DNA of 64,000 nt from Rebecca billardiae RCC1528. Lineage: Eukaryota > Protista > Haptophyta. The notes under the pieces were generated by a model. It saw only the letters and a program-made list of their open reading frames with translations. It was not told where the DNA came from and did not search any database. This document shows, piece after piece, positions 57,322 to 64,000 of the stretch. The translations under genes and the position numbers were made by a program. The number at the start of each line of letters is the position of its first letter. Positions within the stretch are counted from its first letter, which is position 1. Location of the stretch: contig OZ251239.1 in the NCBI GenBank assembly GCA_965240325.2, forward strand, positions 682,001 to 746,000. Direction: 5' to 3'.

Positions 57322-57668
57322 CACCACGTCGGGACGCCTCGTCTGCGGAGTCCCGAGCGGTGCCGCTGCAAGCTCAGCGCCCCGGGAGCTCGGGGGCAGT
57401 CGGGCACCACCACGGTTCGGCCAAGAGTTCGGCTGCGGTTTGAGCAAGGGCCGTAGTTTGAGGGAGGCCTTGATTGTAGCCGCCGGGCAGTTCGGCGGGC
57501 TGTTCCGTCGGGCTGCGGCGGGTGCTCGCACGACGTAACGAAGCGCAGCGGGAGGACCACCCTTGGCGGAGGACACTGCCTGGCCTCGATCGAGAACGTT
57601 CGAGCGCATTGATGGCCTTCAGACTGCCTTGAATGCGGAGGAGCGGGCGGCGAGCGGCGACGATCGAC

Positions 57669-59561
57669 ATGGCGGCCATCGACTTGAAACGCGTGGCCGC
57701 GCTGCTCGCGGGGGAGCCGTACCCGATCTCGTCGCCCGAGGCGGACCCGTCGGTGCCCGTGCTGGGCGAGGGCGGCTACGACATCCGCCCCGTCGCCGCG
57801 CCCGTCGCCACGGGCCTCAAGCTCCGTGTGCTCGAGTACGTGCTCACGCGCACGCCGATTGGGCGGTGGCTGCGCCGCACGCTGCTCACGCTCAACTCGG
57901 TGCACAAGGTGCGCGAGCTGGCGGCGCAGGTGGGCACGTCCGCGCCGGTGGTGTACCAGCCCGTGCGCTCGCTCAGCGCCGCGCAGCACGCCGCGCACGC
58001 CGAGCTCGCCGCCGCGCCCGAGTCGGCGGCGGCGCTCCGCGCCGGCTGGCCGAGCCACGCGCTGCCGCCGCACCGGCCATGCTGGAGCGTGGAGGACTAC
58101 GCTGCAGCGTACCGCGACGGCCGGACGGAGCCGCTCGACGTCGCGCGCGCGGTCCTCGCCGGCGCCGCGCAGCTGCAGCACCTCCGCCCCTTCGTCTGCC
58201 TCGACGGCGCGCGGCTGCTCGCAGACGCGGCCGCGTCGGCCGAGCGCCACCGGCGCGCAGAGCCGCTCGGCGTGTGGGATGGCGTGCCCGTGGCGATCAA
58301 GGACGAGCTCGACGTGGCGGGGCTGCCCACCACGCACGGCACGCACCACGCCGCGCCGCCCGCCGAGCGCGACGACGTGCTCGTCGCGCGGCTGCGCGCC
58401 GCAGGTGCGCTCATCGTCGGCAAGACGTCGATGCACGAAGTGGGCGTGCAGCCGCTCGGCTTCAACTGCAAGCTCGGCGGCCCGCGCAACCCGTTCGACC
58501 CGGGGCGGTACCCGGGCGGCTCGTCGTCCGGCTCGGCCGTCGCCGTCAGCTGCGGCCTCGTCCCCGTCGCCATCGGCCTCGACGGCGGCGGCTCCATCCG
58601 GATCCCGGCCGCGCTGAGCGGCTGCGTCGGGCTCGCGCCCACGTTTGGCTCGGTGCCGGTGAGCAGCCGCTCAGCGTACCTGAGCTCGATGGTGCACGTC
58701 GGCCCGCTGGCGACGTGCGTGCGCGACGCGGCGCTGGCGCACCTGCTGCTCGCGCGCCCGGTGCACAACCACCCGTACACGCAGCTGTACGGCCTCGACG
58801 GCCCGCCGCCGCCGCACTGCGCCGCGCTGCACCGCACGCGCGACCTGCGCGGCGTGCGCGTCGGCGTGATGCGCGCGCAGCTCGAGGACGCGCAACCGGA
58901 CGTGGTGCGCGCGTGCCGCGCGGCGCTGGGCGCGCTCGAGGCGCACGGCGCGACGCTGGTGGAGGTGGCGATCCCGCACATGCACGCGCTCTCGCTCGCG
59001 CACGGCCTGGCGATCGCCGCGGAGTTTGGCGCCGCGCACGACCGCGACAGCTCGCGCGGGCACGCGTTCGAGCCGCCGACGCGCATCAACCTCGGCCTCG
59101 CGTCGGCGCTCACCGCGCCCGAGCTGCTCGCGTGCAACCGGCTGCGCGGCTGGGCGTTCGCGCTCGTGCGCGAGCTGTTCGGCGGGAAGGTGGACGCGCT
59201 GGCCACGCCGACCACGCCGTGCACCGCGCCGCCCCTCCGCGCCGCCGCGGAGCAGTCTGGCGAGAGCAACACCGGGCTGATCGTCGCGCTGATGAAGCAC
59301 ATCTTCCTGGCGAACCTGCTCGGGCTGCCGGCGCTGAGCGTGCCGGTCGGGTACGGCGCCGACGGGCTGCCGATCGGGCTGCAGCTCGTCGGCGCGCACT
59401 ACGACGAGGCGACCGTGCTGCGCCTCGCGCACGCGGTCGAGCTGAGCGCTGAGCTCCCACGCCGGCGCGCCCCCCCGGCCGCGGCCTTCTTCGACCTTCC
59501 TGCGCACCTCGGGCTCGGCGCGCGCGCGGTCGTCGACGCCGCCGACGTGCTCACCGAGTGA
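57669..59561 (+). CDS. Amidase signature enzyme, fatty acid amide hydrolase-like
   Basis: DGVPVAIKD, PGGSSSGS, GLDGGGSIRIPA (Ser-cisSer-Lys triad), GLPIGLQLVG. Confidence 0.9.
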   Translation: MAAIDLKRVAALLAGEPYPISSPEADPSVPVLGEGGYDIRPVAAPVATGLKLRVLEYVLTRTPIGRWLRRTLLTLNSVHKVRELAAQVGTSAPVVYQPVRSLSAAQHAAHAELAAAPESAAALRAGWPSHALPPHRPCWSVEDYAAAYRDGRTEPLDVARAVLAGAAQLQHLRPFVCLDGARLLADAAASAERHRRAEPLGVWDGVPVAIKDELDVAGLPTTHGTHHAAPPAERDDVLVARLRAAGALIVGKTSMHEVGVQPLGFNCKLGGPRNPFDPGRYPGGSSSGSAVAVSCGLVPVAIGLDGGGSIRIPAALSGCVGLAPTFGSVPVSSRSAYLSSMVHVGPLATCVRDAALAHLLLARPVHNHPYTQLYGLDGPPPPHCAALHRTRDLRGVRVGVMRAQLEDAQPDVVRACRAALGALEAHGATLVEVAIPHMHALSLAHGLAIAAEFGAAHDRDSSRGHAFEPPTRINLGLASALTAPELLACNRLRGWAFALVRELFGGKVDALATPTTPCTAPPLRAAAEQSGESNTGLIVALMKHIFLANLLGLPALSVPVGYGADGLPIGLQLVGAHYDEATVLRLAHAVELSAELPRRRAPPAAAFFDLPAHLGLGARAVVDAADVLTE

Positions 59562-60425
59562 GGGGCACCAGGCGCGACACCGGATTCTGAGTCCGGACCA
59601 GAGTTGATGAATGATGCTGCGCTTGTTCAGGGGACGACCATGGGGGTACTTGGCTAATTCGTCATGATCATAGACAATTAGCGTGGGTCGTAAGGTCATC
59701 ATATCGTTTGTGTGGGTATCCCTGGGTATACATAGGAACAATTTACCAATGTTCTTCTGGATCATTCCGGTTTCGTTCGGAGTAGGGAATTGGTGTGTCC
59801 AGGGTTCAGCGGATGGTACCGAGATGTTAGGGCGGCACATACAGATTCGTGACGAATTTGAACTGCTCATACCTTGTGGTGCTCTGTCTCATACCACCTT
59901 CGATGGAGATTTTGAGGAGATCGAATGGCCAGGTTGTGAAAGTGAGCGCAAACTTGGCCATACTCACATTCGCTTCCAAATCGGACTTTTCCCCGGGTAC
60001 TCCAGCAATTGCTTCCAGGCTTGTGAGGGCGCATCCTTAAAAAATGTTCTCACATGTGTTTTAAGTCTTCTCTTCGAGCTAGGCAAGAGCGGCACCCGCC
60101 TTCACCCGCATTGTATTCGCGCCATGCAGGAATGTGAGATAATCGCGCACTCGAACTACTCCGGCCCGCCAATCAGCGCCCTGCAACTGCAAGCGTCGTT
60201 GATTTCAACCCGCATCAATCTATTGATTCATCCATATCAGATCTTTCGGAGAGATGCTTCGAGTCGTTTATACCTCTTGGGCCGGTCAGTTCTTCCGGTG
60301 AACGTCACCCGCCGAAGCGCGGTAAACATTCGCTCATCAGCTCTGCGCAACATCGGGCCAGCCCAGCCCGCCCCGCCCTTCCCAAGCGAGCGCCTCGCGC
60401 TCTATCCCCACTCTACCCGCCGCCG

Positions 60426-63330
60426 ATGGGCGGCTCGCGCACGTCAGAGCGCGGGCAGTGCCAGACGCAGCTACACCTCGCCTCGGAGGCCACTTCCGAG
60501 GACCTCGAGACCGCGTACTCCACGAGCAGCTTCACGCCCGAGAGCGATGACGGGCTGTGGGACATGCAGCTGCCGCACGACTTCGACCAGGACATCGAGA
60601 CCCTGCCCGCGCTGAAGCGCACGTGGCGGGGCGCGTTCGTGGACATCATCGTCGAGCGAGCCTACCGCTACGACGTCTTCCTGCCGAACCTCGGCGCCAG
60701 CATGAGCCGCGTCTTCTGGGTCACCGCCGTGTTCAACACGCTCACGTTCCTGCCGCTCGCCTTCACCGCCGACGCGGACGACCCGTCGTGGGCGACGGGC
60801 TGGATCGCGAACCTGGTGATCATGAGCGGGCTCATCGCCTTCGGCCAGTGCTTCCGCTCCCGGACCTTCTGCCACGTGCCCATGCGCCTGATGGAGCCGG
60901 TCGCGACCGCGCTGCTGATCGTGCTCGCGCTCTTCCTGCGCTGGCACCAGCTGCTCGTCCCCTCGACGCCGTGCGCGTCGAACTCGACGCTGATGCTCCG
61001 GCTCGGCGCGTTCATGGTGCTCGTCTCCGCCTTCGTCAACCTCACCGTCCCCGCCTTCCTCACCGTCGCCGTCGTCTCCGTCTCGCTCGCCGCCGCGCTC
61101 GACATGTCCTTCCCCGACGCGGCGGGCTGGTGCCCGCTCAACCTGGCCAACCTGTGCCTGCTCGCGGTGGGCGCGACGGTGTGCCGGTACCACCTGGCCA
61201 ACTCGTCGCGCGTCGCCTGGGCCTTCAAGCGCTCCGTCATCCAAGCGCAGCACGGGCGCAAGACCACGCTCCTCGAGTTTGAGCGCGCGCGCGCCGATCG
61301 TTACCGCGAGCAGCGCCGAGAGCGGGTGCGCGCCTCCCCGCGCGCCGCGCCGAGCCGCGCCGCCCCCTCGCGCGCGCACGGCCTGAGCGGCGGGGCGCGC
61401 GAGGCCGGCGAGGCACGGGGGGCGGGCTCGGCTTGGCCCGGGCCGGCGCGCCGCCGTCACGCCGCGCGCGCAATGCCACCGCTCGCTCACCCTCCGTGCT
61501 ACGCTACGGCCGTGCCGCCTGCCCGCGCGCGGCGTGCACGCGCCGTGCTCCGTCCCCGCCCGCAGGAGCTGAGCAAGAAGGTGGAGCTGGCGGAGGAGGG
61601 CAAGGCGGCGCGCTCGCGGCTGATCCGCACGGTGATGCACGACCTGCGCTCGCCGCTGCTCTCCATCCTCAACGTGACCAAGATGCTCATCGGCATGGAG
61701 AGCACCACGACGCTTGCCGACAAGGGCGTGAACGAGGGCATCGACGCGCTGTGCGCGTGCTCGACGCTCATGGAGTGCATCGTCTCCGACATGCTCGACT
61801 TCGAGCGGATCGACATGGGGCGGCTCGTGCTGATGCACCGGCCGTTCACGCTGGCCAAGCTGCTCGCCGACACGTACGCGACGTTCGACGGCCTCGCGAA
61901 CGAGAAGGGCGTCCGGCTGACGCACGCCGTACTCGACGATCAGCTCGCAGAGACGGTGTACATGGGCGACAAGTGGCGGCTGCAGCAGTGCCTCAACAAC
62001 GGCGTGTCCAACGCGCTCAAGTTCACCGACCGCGGCGGCACCGTGCAGTTCCGCGTGTGGCTCGGCGAGGAGGACAAGCGCACGCAGGCGGGGATGCACC
62101 GGCTGCACATCGCCATCGCCGACAGCGGCATCGGCCTCTCGGAGAATGAGCTCAAGGCGATCAACTCAGGCAAGGTGTTCACGCAGGTGGGGCGCGGCCA
62201 GCTGCAGGGGAAGGGCGGCACCGGCCTGGGCATCTCGATCACGCAGTCGATCCTCGCGATGCACAACGACTCGGAGCTGATCGTCACGTCGGGCGGCGAC
62301 GGCCAGGGCACCAACTTCGAGATCACGCTCTACCTCGAGGTGGCGGAGCCGGGCAAGCCGGGCTCGCACAGCCCGCTGCTCACGTCGAGCGCCGACGAGT
62401 CGCTCCAAGCCCACGAGATGCGGCGCGAGGTCGCGCGCGCGAGCCCGTCCACCATCCGCATGCACTTTGCGGCCGCGGCGGCGTCGCCGCCGCCGGTCGA
62501 GCCCGCGCGCGAGCCGTCGACGGACTCGGAGACGGAGTCCCGCCCGGTCTCACGCCGCATGTCGGTCCTCGAGGCGCCGGCAAAGGAGCTGCCTCCGTCG
62601 TTCTGCTGCCTGCACGTGGAGGTGTGCGCGCGCGCGCCGCCCGCGCGCGCCCGTGCGCGCGCCGCGCGCGGGGCGAGGTGTGCGGGCTCCGCCGCCTCAC
62701 GCACGCCCCGCCCGCCGCCCCGCGCCGCGCCGCGTGGCACAGGACGACACCTTCCTCCAGCTCACGATGCCGCACGCCACCTTCATCCGCGCAAAGTGCC
62801 GCTGGGAGACGGCGGACAACGGCGAGGTCGCGCTCGAGATGGTTGCCCACCGGCAGACGACCGGGCTGCCTCCGTACGAGATCATCGTGATGGACAACCA
62901 GGTGCGTGCCGCGCGCTCGCGCTCGCGCTGCGCGAGCGCGCCTTCACGCGCGCGGTGGCTGCTTGCGCGGGGCGCGCTCGCGGCGGATGGTGGTCGCTGG
63001 CAGGGGCGCGGCCGTCTTTCGCGCAGAGCCCGCCGCCCGCGGCCTCACTCGCGCTCGCGCCCGCGCCGCCCCGCGCGCGCACGCGCCGCCGTGCAGATGC
63101 CGCGGATGAACGGCTGCGCCGCGGTGCGCGAGCTGCGCGCGAGCGGGTACACCGGCATCATCATCGGCATGACGGGCGACCCGATCGGCTCGCCCGAGCG
63201 CGGCGAGTTCGAGGCGGCGGGGCTGAGCGCGTGCGTCGAGAAGGACACCTCCGGCACCGACTACATCGTGCAGGTGATCCGCTCGTTCTGCCGGGCGCCG
63301 GAGGCGCCGGTGCTCGTCGCGGGCGCGTAA
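60426..63330 (+). CDS. Membrane-bound hybrid histidine kinase with receiver domain (4 exons)
   Basis: Several hydrophobic helices; H-box MHDLRSPL, N-box NALKFT, DSGIG, GGTGLG; receiver HVE|DD...MDNQ|MPRMNG...GMTG...EK. Inferred introns 61326-61565, 62622-62742 and 62902-63096. Confidence 0.9.
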
Positions 63331-63729
63331 GCGCGACGCCCACAGGCGGCGACGCGCTCGTTGTGGCGGCACGATGGCTTGGAGCCGACGCGCGCGCGTA
63401 CTCTGACGGGGGCGCCAGCCGCCTCGTGGCTTGTCGTGGCACGTGACAGACTGACACACTACGTGAGTGAGTTCAGCAGCATCATCTGATTCATCAGCAT
63501 TCATCGTCGTCAGCACATTCATTCATCATTATTCAGTCAATGGCATCCATCAGGCTTATTAGCAGTCTCACTTCAATCTTCATTCGTTCAGAACGCGCTC
63601 GCGGTGAAGTGAAGACGAACGGTCATCATCCAAGTGATGCGCTGGCGGTCGCGGCGGCTGCAGCCCCGCGCGCCGCGCATGATCTAACTCGGCTGCCGAG
63701 CCATGTGAGAGTCCGCGCCGCCTCGGGCA

Positions 63730-64000
63730 TCAGCCGCGCTCGAACCCGGCAGCGGTCACGGGGGCAAGGCCGAGCGGTCTGACAAGCGCCGCCTCCATGG
63801 TTGCCCCCCCTCTGCCGCTGAGGGGCCTCGGCGCCAGCGCTGCTCGGGCGCGGCACGCGGGGCGGGGCGAGGGCTTGGGCGTGCGCGTGGCGCGCAGGCG
63901 CTTACTCCGCCTCAAGCTGCGGTGCAGCAGCAGAGCCATGAGCACCGCGCCGGCGGCGGCGGTGCACAGCGGCACGAGCTGGGGCGGCGGCCGCTCGAGC
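63730..64000 (-). CDS. Possible 3' end of a gene running off the window, with a hydrophobic segment
   Basis: Open frame to the window edge; LVPLCTAAAGAVLMALLLH is followed by basic residues. Confidence 0.3.
   Translation of the reverse strand, partial: LERPPPQLVPLCTAAAGAVLMALLLHRSLRRSKRLRATRTPKPSPRPACRARAALAPRPLSGRGGATMEAALVRPLGLAPVTAAGFERG

Noticed and set aside
59683-60615. 310-aa plus-strand ORF
   Set aside because: Non-ATG start, no motif, and it overlaps the kinase start out of frame; treated as part of the low-GC island.
131-64000. Hundreds of Arg/Ala/Pro-rich overlapping ORFs
   Set aside because: Shadow frames expected at very high GC; no motifs, and most overlap better-supported genes.

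Overview
A very GC-rich eukaryotic nuclear window. It has GT..AG introns, Ala/Gly-expanded proteins and a TTAGGG tract; the style suggests a haptophyte-like alga, which is inference only. Thirteen complete protein genes are supportable: Sel1+MYND, F-box-like+RCC1, ARM+BTB, Mot1/BTAF1 SNF2 ATPase, a GT29 sialyltransferase-like protein fused to a GT8-like domain, acylaminoacyl peptidase, UvrD/Srs2-type helicase, CAMK-group kinase, two tandem paralogues of an unrecognised Cys-rich family, Tudor-PHD-Tudor, amidase and a hybrid histidine kinase. Eight of them sit in four compact head-to-head pairs. The intergenic tracts (about 2.6-8.5, 13.8-18.7, 34.5-35.2 and 45-53 kb) are mostly non-autonomous mobile elements, identified here from their termini. 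The most notable observations are: (1) a split-direct-repeat element (A-X-B-A-y-B) carrying five 64-bp hairpin units with compensatory base changes; (2) two Helitron2-like elements with shared asymmetric termini and different cargo; (3) an element with CACAGTG-initiated, block-conserved TIRs inserted in a (TATATC)n microsatellite; (4) the tandem unknown family, whose motif order resembles an ADP-ribosyltransferase fold; (5) the GT29-GT8 fusion with non-canonical catalytic motifs. All coordinates and alignments were read by eye; no database searches were run.
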